Assembly: GCA_018396975.1 (NCBI GenBank)
Contig: JAGTQA010000015.1
Location: 1-51,830, forward strand
Source: Candidatus Bathyarchaeota archaeon
GTDB taxonomy: Archaea; Thermoproteota; Bathyarchaeia; Bathyarchaeales; DTEX01
Direction: 5' to 3'
DNA: 51,830 nucleotides
The position numbers and the translations under genes are program-made. This document shows positions 29,856 to 38,097 of this stretch, piece after piece (within the stretch, counting starts at the first letter, position 1; every line of letters begins with the position of its first letter). The notes below the pieces were generated by a model, which saw nothing but the letters and a program-made list of their open reading frames with translations, ran no database searches and was not told where the DNA came from.

Positions 29856-30524
29856 CTATTCTTGGTTTTGTATATTTGCTAAATCCTCCTCACCGAGCTT
29901 TGCTGGCAGGGTCTCCTCACCCCGCCGCTCAAATATCTTCTTTAGCTGGCGCTTCATAACCTGTATGTTGCGGCTTAGGCCAAAGTAATCTGCGAAGTAA
30001 TCTGTTGTCTTCAGGATCATGTCCCTGCCGCTCTTCTCCCGCGTAACCAGCCCCATCTCAACTAGCTCCTTTATGTGGCTGTATGCGTGTCTCCCCCTAG
30101 CCTCCACAACCTGCTTTTGGGTTATCGGCTGCTTATAGGCTATATATGATAATGTTCTTAGGGGGCCATCCGTTAGGAGTGGTCTAATAGCCAGTCTCCT
30201 AACCCTATCCACATACTCCGTCTTGAGCTGTAGAACGAACCTTCCATCCTCAAGCTCAATTATCTCTAGGGCCGTGTTTCTCCGCGCATACTCCTTCATC
30301 AATACCCTCGCAAGCTTCTGAACCCTCCTCTCAGACCTAGAACCCAAAATCTTACATAGGGTCTTCAGGTCTAGCGGCCGCCCGGCAACATAGAGCGCTG
30401 CCTCAAGCAACCTAAGCTTTGCATCGGCATCGTTCCTAGCCGCCCTTCTCTTCTCCTCCCTCTTTTCTCTATCGGTCTGGTTCTCTACGCTAGCCGCTAA
30501 TGTCAGCCCCAGACACCTCCCCAT
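29856..30524 (-). CDS. scpB: Segregation/condensation protein B (KITE)
   Basis: LEAALYVAGRPL, LRTLSYIAYKQPI and TTDYFADYFG motifs. Confidence 0.93.
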   Translation of the reverse strand: MGRCLGLTLAASVENQTDREKREEKRRAARNDADAKLRLLEAALYVAGRPLDLKTLCKILGSRSERRVQKLARVLMKEYARRNTALEIIELEDGRFVLQLKTEYVDRVRRLAIRPLLTDGPLRTLSYIAYKQPITQKQVVEARGRHAYSHIKELVEMGLVTREKSGRDMILKTTDYFADYFGLSRNIQVMKRQLKKIFERRGEETLPAKLGEEDLANIQNQE

Positions 30525-31176
30525 TCAGGGTTACATATATCTCGCCGAACTCCTCATGTTGCCATAGGGTTATCTTACCCCTTTGCGCCATGAAGAGGAG
30601 GATTACGAAGACCCTCACCATTTCAATCCTCCCCAATCCCTCAACGAGCTTCGAGAAGGTTATTATATCGCCTCTATCGACCAGCAGCCTCATTTTTCTG
30701 GTTAACCGCTCAATCTCATCCTCAATCTCCATCAGATATGCACTTATGGTTGGAACTATCTCTGGTGGTGGGAGTATGGGCTTTTGGGGCGCCTTAAGTG
30801 TTAGGAGACTCTCGCTCCTCAAGGCCTCATCCAAGGCCTCTATGAGACTCTCTATAGTTGTTGTTGTCAGCTCGTAGCGTAAGGGTAAAATTAATGGGGG
30901 CGGCACAAAATCCACGCTGGGCTTAGGCTGGGCTGTTGGCGGCTCCTCAAGCTTTAGGAGGAGGTTTGACTTTAGGAGATATATGGATGCTGAGGAGTCT
31001 AGGGCTACGCCGGATGCCCTAAAATCTATGTTAGCCCTCCGCTCCATCTCCTCAAGAAATGAGAGGAGCAGGAAGGCTATCTTTACGCTCCAAGGATTGA
31101 TCCTCTGCAGCTTATGCACGTTGAATAGTATGTCCCATGGTGGTTGGAGATAGAAGGGCTTATTGTCGGCATTCAT
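30490..31176 (-). CDS. scpA: Segregation/condensation protein A (kleisin)
   Basis: INPWSV, SGVAL..A.IYLLKS and F..LLFMAQRGKITLWQ.E.FG.I motifs. Confidence 0.9.
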   Translation of the reverse strand: MNADNKPFYLQPPWDILFNVHKLQRINPWSVKIAFLLLSFLEEMERRANIDFRASGVALDSSASIYLLKSNLLLKLEEPPTAQPKPSVDFVPPPLILPLRYELTTTTIESLIEALDEALRSESLLTLKAPQKPILPPPEIVPTISAYLMEIEDEIERLTRKMRLLVDRGDIITFSKLVEGLGRIEMVRVFVILLFMAQRGKITLWQHEEFGEIYVTLNGEVSGADISG

Positions 31177-34100
31177 GCCCCCACCCCCTTAAATGTTGTT
31201 GAGATTACATGCGATACTCCATTCTGTCCATAAACCCCATAGATTCTATCAGCCTTACTAATCATCTCAGGCTTTAAGGTTATGACTATGAATTGGAGCT
31301 GGGATTTGGCAGCCTCCTCAGCCAATAGCTCGCCAAGCCTCTCAACATGGAATGCGTCTAGATGAGCGTCTATCTCATCGAAGAGATAGAAGGATGCTGG
31401 CGAGAATTCTTGGAGCGCGAACAAGAATGCAACGGCTGACACTGATCTTTCACCACTACTCGCCCCGCTCACCAGTATTGGGGGTTTTCCGGGGAACTGA
31501 ACTATCATGTCTATTCCCCCAGCGAATGGATTCTCTGGATTCTCGAGCTTTAGGGATGCGCTGCCCCCACCTGTCAGCCTAGAGAAGTATCCGTTTATTC
31601 TCTCATTTATTTTGTTGAAAGCATCCATGAAGACTTCACGCTTCTTCCGCTCAATCTCATCTATAAACCTTAGGATTGCCATCTTCTCCTCCTCAAGCTC
31701 ATTAAGCCTTGTCGAGAGTTCCTTATACCTTGAGACTTGCTCCGCATACTGTGTCTCGGCCAGCTGATTAACTGCGCCTATACGGTTGAGCTCATCCATC
31801 ATGAGTCTTAAGCGCGAGTCTATGTCTAGGCGGGCAATGATCTCATGTGGCAAATCGATCGGCTCATCGTAGCCTAGTGCCTTAAGTCTCTCCCTATATT
31901 GGCCCACCCTAAGGTTTAATGTCTGGAGTTTAAGTCTCAGCTCATTGAGCGCCCTTACCCCATCCTCATAATCCCTATCCAGCCTTAGGATCTCATTCTC
32001 TAAGGTATCTAACTCTGAAGTAAACTTCTTCACCTCCTCCTTAGCGCCCTCGAGGTCCCTAGATATCTCCATCCTCATCCTCTCTAGCTCCTCGATTCTC
32101 CTCTCAACCTCCTCCCTCTCCCTAGTGGCGCTCGCAACATTATCCTCTAGGGATGATATCTGCCCAGAAATGTCCTCTATTTGGGCTGCTATATTCTTTA
32201 GGCTCACCTTTAACGCGTTCTCTATTTTCGATCTTAGGGCCGATATTTCGGACTCAACACCATTATACTTCTGCTTGAGGAGTATTATCTCGCGTGCAAT
32301 AGTCTCGCGCTTAGAGTCCTTATCGTGCAGATTTAATAGGCTTATCTCCTCCCTTAGGCGCTTAAGCTCCTCACTTAATGCCCTCTCTCTTTCGCCTATC
32401 TCCCTAAGTCTCTCTTCATAGGATGCCAGCTGAGCCCTATCACCTTCTATTCGACCCATTAAATCGGCTATTGTCTTCTCAGCCTGCTCAATACTCAACT
32501 CAGCTTGGGATATGCTCCTCTTAACCCTCTCAACCTCACCCTCAACCTTACCTATAGACTCAGATAACCCAGCTATGTCGCTTTGTATCTTCGCTATTTC
32601 ACCCTCTATCTCAGCAATGAGACCCTCCCTATTCTCCAGATAACCCCTTAATGTCCTGACAGCCTTATCCAGATTCTTCAGGGCCTCATCGCTTGGAATA
32701 AAGGATGATAGGTCTATTGGGGTCCTGTAGAATCCGCTCTCAACCCCTCCGCCAGCCTCATAGAGATCGCCGCTTAACGTAACTACGCGGAGCCCCTCCT
32801 TAGAGGCCCTTAACGCAGCCTCCTCATTTAGGGCTAGTAGGGTGTCTCCAAGAACAAAGTTTACAGCGGCCTCATAGCGCCCATCACACTTAACGAATGA
32901 CGATATAGGCTCCCCCAAACCATCAATGTTCAGGGGTTTGGCGAAAACACCGCTGCTATTTGGCGATAACCCCTTTAAAGGAATTATCTTCACCCTACCA
33001 AGCTTCATTCTCCTTAAGGTCTCTATGCACGTGAATGCGACATCTAAGTCCTCAACAACTAGGGAGTCAAGCCATCCGGATGCGGCGGCCTCAACAGCCT
33101 TCTCATAGCCGCTCTTAATCTTTATCAGGTTCTTGAGTCTTCCGTGAATGCCGCCTATAACCCCTAGAGCGCTGAGCTCCTCAAGGTTTCTTAGGGCCAT
33201 CTCCTCAGACTTAATCTTCTTCACCAGATCCTTCTGGGCCTCGAACTCTATGAGTGCGCTCCTAGCTGCCTCAGCGATCCTCTCAGCCTCCTTAATCTCC
33301 TTCTCTAGAATAGCCCTCCGCCTAGCCCTCTTCTCCAAAGTCGCCTGCAACCCCTTCATCTGCTCCATCTGGCCGCTTAATATCTCCTGTAGTCTAAGCA
33401 GCGACTCCTGCAGTTTCTCCCTGGAGGACTTAAGATCTTCCATCTTGGCTTTTACATCCTCGAGCCTTTGTGTGAGCACGGTTATCCTCGATTGGAGCCT
33501 TTCACGCTCACCCTCAATCGAAACCCTCTCCTTACGCAGTTGATTCAGCTGCTCCTCAATCTCATCAGCTCTCCTCGCCCTCTCCTCAAAGGCTGATCTT
33601 ACCCTCGCAATATCGTCAGATATGGAGTTGTAGAGGGATTGTTTCTCATCTATCTCCCTACCGAGCTGCTCTAATGTGGCCGTTAGCTGAGCAATCCTCT
33701 CCTCAACCCTTCTAATCTCGCCCACAATATCCTCAGATTGCTTTTGAAGTCTCTCCCTTAGGTTCTTAAGCCTCTCAATACTTGCCCTACCATCACTTAT
33801 CCTCGAAGTGATCTCACTTAGCCTAGATCTTAGGCTTCCAATACTCACTTGAATCTCAACTATGCTGCTCCGTTTCTTCTCAGTCTCCTCGAAGCCTATT
33901 TTCCGAAGCTCATTCTCCAGCTCGCGGCGCCTTAACCTAAGGTTCTCCCTAAGCTCACCCAACTCCCTATTCTTCTCCTCAAGCCCCACAATCTTGCGCG
34001 ATATCTCCTCTATCTCGGCCTCTAGGGCTCTTATCTCCCCAGATATCTTTATTGACTCCAGATAGGCTATCTCCTTCCTAAGGAGGTTATAGCGTAGGAG

Positions 34101-34739
34101 ATTGTTCCGCTCCCTCTCTAAATCCTCAAGCCTCCTCTGAACCTCACCTATCTGTCCTAGGGCCGTCTTTATCGCTACATCCGCCTCCCTAAGCTTAGCC
34201 TCCGCCTCAGATTTCTCAGCATCATACTGGGCTATTCCAAGCATGTCCTCAATGATCTTCCTACGCTCCTGTGTAGATACCTCAGCCATGCGCGTTAGAG
34301 TACCCTGTAGAACAATATTATGTCCATATGGGCTTATCCCGGCGACTGAGAGAACCTCAAGTAGGTGGTTTCTTGGAACTCTTCTACCATTTATCCTATA
34401 TATGCTCTCGCCATTACGGTCTATTTCACGCGATATTGTAACAGTTGCAGTCTCAACGGGTATGCGCCCATCAGAATTATCAAATTGTATTATAACCTTC
34501 GCCTCGCTCTTCCTTATATTTGATCCCCCACCGCCATTAAATATGAGGTTGGAGAAGCTCTCGGCTCTAAGCCTCTTGGCGCTCAGCTCACCCAGACAGA
34601 AGAGGATGGCATCTATAATGTTGGTTTTGCCGCTGCCATTAGGCCCGGTTATAACTGTGAAGCCCCTATCAAATGATAGCGTGGTCTTTAAGCCAAACGT
34701 CTTGAAACCATTTATCTCTATACGCTTAATGTATGGCAT
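31173..34739 (-). CDS. smc: Chromosome segregation protein SMC
   Basis: GPNGSGKT, Q-loop VLQG, long coiled coils, hinge GRVKIIPL and Walker B FDEIDAHLD. Confidence 0.96.
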   Translation of the reverse strand: MPYIKRIEINGFKTFGLKTTLSFDRGFTVITGPNGSGKTNIIDAILFCLGELSAKRLRAESFSNLIFNGGGGSNIRKSEAKVIIQFDNSDGRIPVETATVTISREIDRNGESIYRINGRRVPRNHLLEVLSVAGISPYGHNIVLQGTLTRMAEVSTQERRKIIEDMLGIAQYDAEKSEAEAKLREADVAIKTALGQIGEVQRRLEDLERERNNLLRYNLLRKEIAYLESIKISGEIRALEAEIEEISRKIVGLEEKNRELGELRENLRLRRRELENELRKIGFEETEKKRSSIVEIQVSIGSLRSRLSEITSRISDGRASIERLKNLRERLQKQSEDIVGEIRRVEERIAQLTATLEQLGREIDEKQSLYNSISDDIARVRSAFEERARRADEIEEQLNQLRKERVSIEGERERLQSRITVLTQRLEDVKAKMEDLKSSREKLQESLLRLQEILSGQMEQMKGLQATLEKRARRRAILEKEIKEAERIAEAARSALIEFEAQKDLVKKIKSEEMALRNLEELSALGVIGGIHGRLKNLIKIKSGYEKAVEAAASGWLDSLVVEDLDVAFTCIETLRRMKLGRVKIIPLKGLSPNSSGVFAKPLNIDGLGEPISSFVKCDGRYEAAVNFVLGDTLLALNEEAALRASKEGLRVVTLSGDLYEAGGGVESGFYRTPIDLSSFIPSDEALKNLDKAVRTLRGYLENREGLIAEIEGEIAKIQSDIAGLSESIGKVEGEVERVKRSISQAELSIEQAEKTIADLMGRIEGDRAQLASYEERLREIGERERALSEELKRLREEISLLNLHDKDSKRETIAREIILLKQKYNGVESEISALRSKIENALKVSLKNIAAQIEDISGQISSLEDNVASATREREEVERRIEELERMRMEISRDLEGAKEEVKKFTSELDTLENEILRLDRDYEDGVRALNELRLKLQTLNLRVGQYRERLKALGYDEPIDLPHEIIARLDIDSRLRLMMDELNRIGAVNQLAETQYAEQVSRYKELSTRLNELEEEKMAILRFIDEIERKKREVFMDAFNKINERINGYFSRLTGGGSASLKLENPENPFAGGIDMIVQFPGKPPILVSGASSGERSVSAVAFLFALQEFSPASFYLFDEIDAHLDAFHVERLGELLAEEAAKSQLQFIVITLKPEMISKADRIYGVYGQNGVSHVISTTFKGVGA

Positions 34740-34838
34740 CCCAGCGCTCCCTCAGCTACTCCACTACCCTAGCCGATACAGCCAAATTCCCTTAAATCCT
34801 TAAGCTTGATACTGGTGATGTAACTTGGACTAAGTAAC

Positions 34839-35369
34839 CTATCTTCCCTTAGCCTCCCGGAATACTTCAGCCATCTTTCTAACGAAGCTCTTTATACCCT
34901 CATCCCCACCATAAACTAACACATACCCATCCTCTTCAACCCTACATTTTAGGCCGCATTCGCCCACAATCTTCTTAATCACCTCAAGTGGGACATCATC
35001 TGTCACCTGAACCCTAATCCACCTCTCCTCCCTAGGAAGCCCGGGACGGAACCTTACTTGTGGCTCCACCACAGCCTCCTCAAACTCAACCTCACATATC
35101 CTCCTTAAAATCTCGTTCACATACTTCTCCCCAAACCTCTCCTTGGCAGCCGAGAGAACATAAGCCTCAACGCTACTCAAATATTCTTCTAGGCGCGAGA
35201 TATTCTCCGGACGGGATCTGTCAGCCTTAACAATCTCGATCATTGTCTTCGCCGAGCGCAAATCATTAATTACGCTGGGCGGCACATCCCAACCACTCCT
35301 ACGGAGATCCGTGATTACATCTGCCAGAATCCTCCAGCGCCTCTCCCAATCCATCATATTATACCTCAC
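34839..35369 (-). CDS. DUF2096-like archaeal protein
   Basis: W.ILAD.ITDL..G..VP....DLRSAK pattern. Confidence 0.75.
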   Translation of the reverse strand: MRYNMMDWERRWRILADVITDLRRSGWDVPPSVINDLRSAKTMIEIVKADRSRPENISRLEEYLSSVEAYVLSAAKERFGEKYVNEILRRICEVEFEEAVVEPQVRFRPGLPREERWIRVQVTDDVPLEVIKKIVGECGLKCRVEEDGYVLVYGGDEGIKSFVRKMAEVFREAKGR

Positions 35370-35572
35370 GAAGCAGATAACGCCAATACAACAATAAACT
35401 TATCGGCTGAAAAATCAACATATTCCTAGGATAAGATGCTGATGAGATGAGCAGGAGCGAGATAGAATCCAATAACATAACCATTCTATCATCCCCGCAC
35501 AATTAAGGATGCCGCCCATGCATAAATATCCATTTCTAATATGCTAATCTACACATTACACATAAGTGTGTA

Positions 35573-35610
35573 GAGGGAGGAGAGGCTACTCCGAAAGATA
35601 GGGAGGTATC
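35573..35610 (-). repeat. Dispersed ~38-bp intergenic repeat, copy 3 (inverted)
   Basis: Reverse complement reads GATACCTCCCTATCTTTCGGAGTAGCCTCTCCTCCCTC. Confidence 0.8.
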
Positions 35611-35625
35611 TATTTAGGGGAGAAC

Positions 35626-36027
35626 CTAAAGCAGATAACTCCCCTCTACACTATCCCTCTCCCCCTTCTTCCTTGCCACATCAAGCAGCGCCCTATAGTA
35701 CTCACCGCTCTCGATCTTCTGGCATATATATGAAAGGGTCTCATGAACACTCCTAAAATACTCTTTATCCTCCTCGTTAATCTCCCTCTTCTCAATTAAC
35801 ATAACCCTCATCTTAATTCCCAAACCAGCCTCCCTAATGGATTGGTAGAGCACCCTATGCCCAACCAGTGACAGCTGAGGATATATGTCCGTTGAGAGCC
35901 TAATCAGCTCATCGCCAACGCGCTTAAGCCTAGCAAAGTCCCATGAGAGCATGCAATCCTCGCTCTCGGTGAGAATCTCTCTCAACCTAACACTAATCCT
36001 GTCGAGTATTGGCAGAAACCTCTCCAA
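35626..36027 (-). CDS. Hypothetical helical protein
   Basis: 133-aa ORF with a GGTGA SD and upstream TATA. Confidence 0.7.
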   Translation of the reverse strand: MERFLPILDRISVRLREILTESEDCMLSWDFARLKRVGDELIRLSTDIYPQLSLVGHRVLYQSIREAGLGIKMRVMLIEKREINEEDKEYFRSVHETLSYICQKIESGEYYRALLDVARKKGERDSVEGSYLL

Positions 36028-36141
36028 ATCAAGCCCTCACCAAAAAATATTTCATTATGCCCTTATATAATTGAGGGTTCCTCTAAACAAAACAGTTTTA
36101 TGCCCGGCAGAGCTGCTTTAATAGATTGAGGGGATACGCTC

Positions 36142-36357
36142 TTGTCCTATAGGCAGAGGGCAGTAACATGCCCAAAATGCGGCTTCCAATTCGACATACT
36201 ATATGCTAGGACAATATCATGCCAAGGATGCAACAGAATACTGTCTTCATTAAGCTGCGAGTATGTAAAGTGCCCGAGATGCGAGTTTGAGTTCCCACTC
36301 TCAAGGAGCGCTGCGAAAGCAGCTAATGTCTTGAAGAGGTGGAGACCCAGCATTTAG
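36142..36357 (+). CDS. Small Zn-finger protein (three CxxC)
   Basis: CPKC, CQGC and CPRC; GAGGGG SD before a TTG start. Confidence 0.7.
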   Translation: MSYRQRAVTCPKCGFQFDILYARTISCQGCNRILSSLSCEYVKCPRCEFEFPLSRSAAKAANVLKRWRPSI

Positions 36358-36368
36358 CCCCCAATAAA

Positions 36369-37022
36369 CTACTTGCGCCTAAATCTTATCTCAGCGCTTA
36401 GGGCCTTAAGCTTCTCCTCCAATCTCCTATTCCTCTCCTCAGCCTCTGCAAACATACCCTCCCATCTTTTACCCTTAATCTCGCTGGAGATCTTCTCGAT
36501 CACTGACGGGATCCTCTCGATCGTAGATGATAAGGCCTCGGTGAAGTATTTGTCGTCTGAGACCACCTCTAGAGCCTCCTCTGGACAGTACTTTACACAT
36601 TTAGGCTCGCCATCACATAGGTCGCAGGCTATGACGAGAGGCTTCTCCGGATGGAGCATTATTCCACCGTAGGGGCATGCTTGGATGCATAGGACGCAGC
36701 CATCACACTTCTCCTCATCTATAATGAGTATTCCGCCTCTCTCAGACTGCTTTATTGCATTCCTAGGGCAAGCCCTAACGCATGGAGCATTCTCGCAGAA
36801 GCGGCATGTAACCGTGAGATTAAAAATCGGATTTAAATGTATAACCCTTATCCTAGACTTTAGTGGGTTCGGCTCCCCCTCCTTCTCTAGGGCGCAGACA
36901 AACTCGCATAGGCTGCAACCTATACACTTGCTTGGGTTAACGGAGACAAAGCGTCTAGCGGTGAAACCAACCCTATCCATACTATGAACCCCGCACCTTT
37001 TATTCTTCAATTTAAAGCCCAA
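36369..37022 (-). CDS. 4x[4Fe-4S] electron-transfer protein (DmsB/CooF-like) with a C-terminal coiled tail
   Basis: CIGCSLCEFVC, CRFCENAPCVRACP, CDGCVLCIQACP and CDLC...CVKYCP. Confidence 0.9.
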   Translation of the reverse strand: MGFKLKNKRCGVHSMDRVGFTARRFVSVNPSKCIGCSLCEFVCALEKEGEPNPLKSRIRVIHLNPIFNLTVTCRFCENAPCVRACPRNAIKQSERGGILIIDEEKCDGCVLCIQACPYGGIMLHPEKPLVIACDLCDGEPKCVKYCPEEALEVVSDDKYFTEALSSTIERIPSVIEKISSEIKGKRWEGMFAEAEERNRRLEEKLKALSAEIRFRRK

Positions 37023-37125
37023 GATTTAAGCTTCTCGATAAACTAGGATTTTTAGTTAAGAATGAGCATTACATTAAAGAATCCCTTAAGCCACCTAATA
37101 ATTTTAGGCATATTGGCATGAAATT

Positions 37126-38082
37126 ATGGGGAAAGATGATGGCGCCTTGACGGAGGCAAAATCCGCTGGTAAGTTTAGGAGAAAGAGGCTGCCAGTATTC
37201 AATTCTTCTAGGTCCGCCCTCTGCACATGCCCGCCAAAATATAATATAAACCCCTATCTGGGCAGATGTTCCCACAACTGCCTATATTGCTATGCCATAA
37301 AATTCCCAAGCTTCACGGGCCCAATCATCCCACGCCTAAAACTCAAGGAGGAGATTTTGGAGATGGCTAGGGGAACTGGGATGCGCCTACCGGTCATGCT
37401 CAGCGATTCAACAGACCCGTATCAACCGCTCGAAAAGGAGTATGAGTTGACAAGGGCATGTCTAGAGACCCTATCCAAATATGAGTTTCCACTGCTAATC
37501 GTTACAAAGTCGGATCTGGTTGTAAGGGATATTGACATATTTAAGAAGACGCCAACCGTTGTCTCCATTACCATAACCACATGCCGCGATGATATCTCAG
37601 CGCTAATCGAGCCAAACGCTCCAAAGCCACATGCAAGATTCACGGCCCTAAAGAAGATTGCCGATGAGAATATACCAACCGTTATCAGAATAGACCCAAT
37701 AATACCGACGGTTAACTCAGACCTCAGCGACCTCAAACAAATCGTCTCCAAAGCCTCCAAGATAGGTGTTAAACAGATAACGGCATCCACAATGAAGATG
37801 GTTAGGGGCCTACCAGAGGTAATGAGGAGCATAAACCCCCATCTCTATAGTAGACTGGCCAAAATCTACTCTGGCGGGGAATGGATTGGGGGCTATAAGT
37901 ATCTAAATAGAGACTTGAGGCTAGGCATACTAAAGGCCCTAAGGTCAATAGTCCAAGAATACGGCCTAGAGTTTGCAACCTGCCGGGAGGGTTTCCAAGA
38001 ACTAAACACTACAATATGTGATGGAACAGCCTATTGCCGAAGGACCCTAGACGGCCTCCTAAAATCGAGAAGCGCCAAATAA
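37126..38082 (+). CDS. Radical SAM protein, SPL-like family
   Basis: NPYLGRCSHNCLYCY, DSTDPYQPLE, TKS and RIDPIIP motifs. Confidence 0.9.
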   Translation: MGKDDGALTEAKSAGKFRRKRLPVFNSSRSALCTCPPKYNINPYLGRCSHNCLYCYAIKFPSFTGPIIPRLKLKEEILEMARGTGMRLPVMLSDSTDPYQPLEKEYELTRACLETLSKYEFPLLIVTKSDLVVRDIDIFKKTPTVVSITITTCRDDISALIEPNAPKPHARFTALKKIADENIPTVIRIDPIIPTVNSDLSDLKQIVSKASKIGVKQITASTMKMVRGLPEVMRSINPHLYSRLAKIYSGGEWIGGYKYLNRDLRLGILKALRSIVQEYGLEFATCREGFQELNTTICDGTAYCRRTLDGLLKSRSAK

Positions 38083-38097
38083 GGTCCCTCTTCAACT

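Noticed and set aside
35370..35570. Small ORFs or an sRNA in this intergenic gap
   Set aside because: Only short, featureless ORFs and an isolated CTGATGA are present, which is insufficient support.
3039..35610. The dispersed repeat as a CRISPR array
   Set aside because: Copies are ~16 kb apart and in mixed orientation, with no spacers or cas genes.
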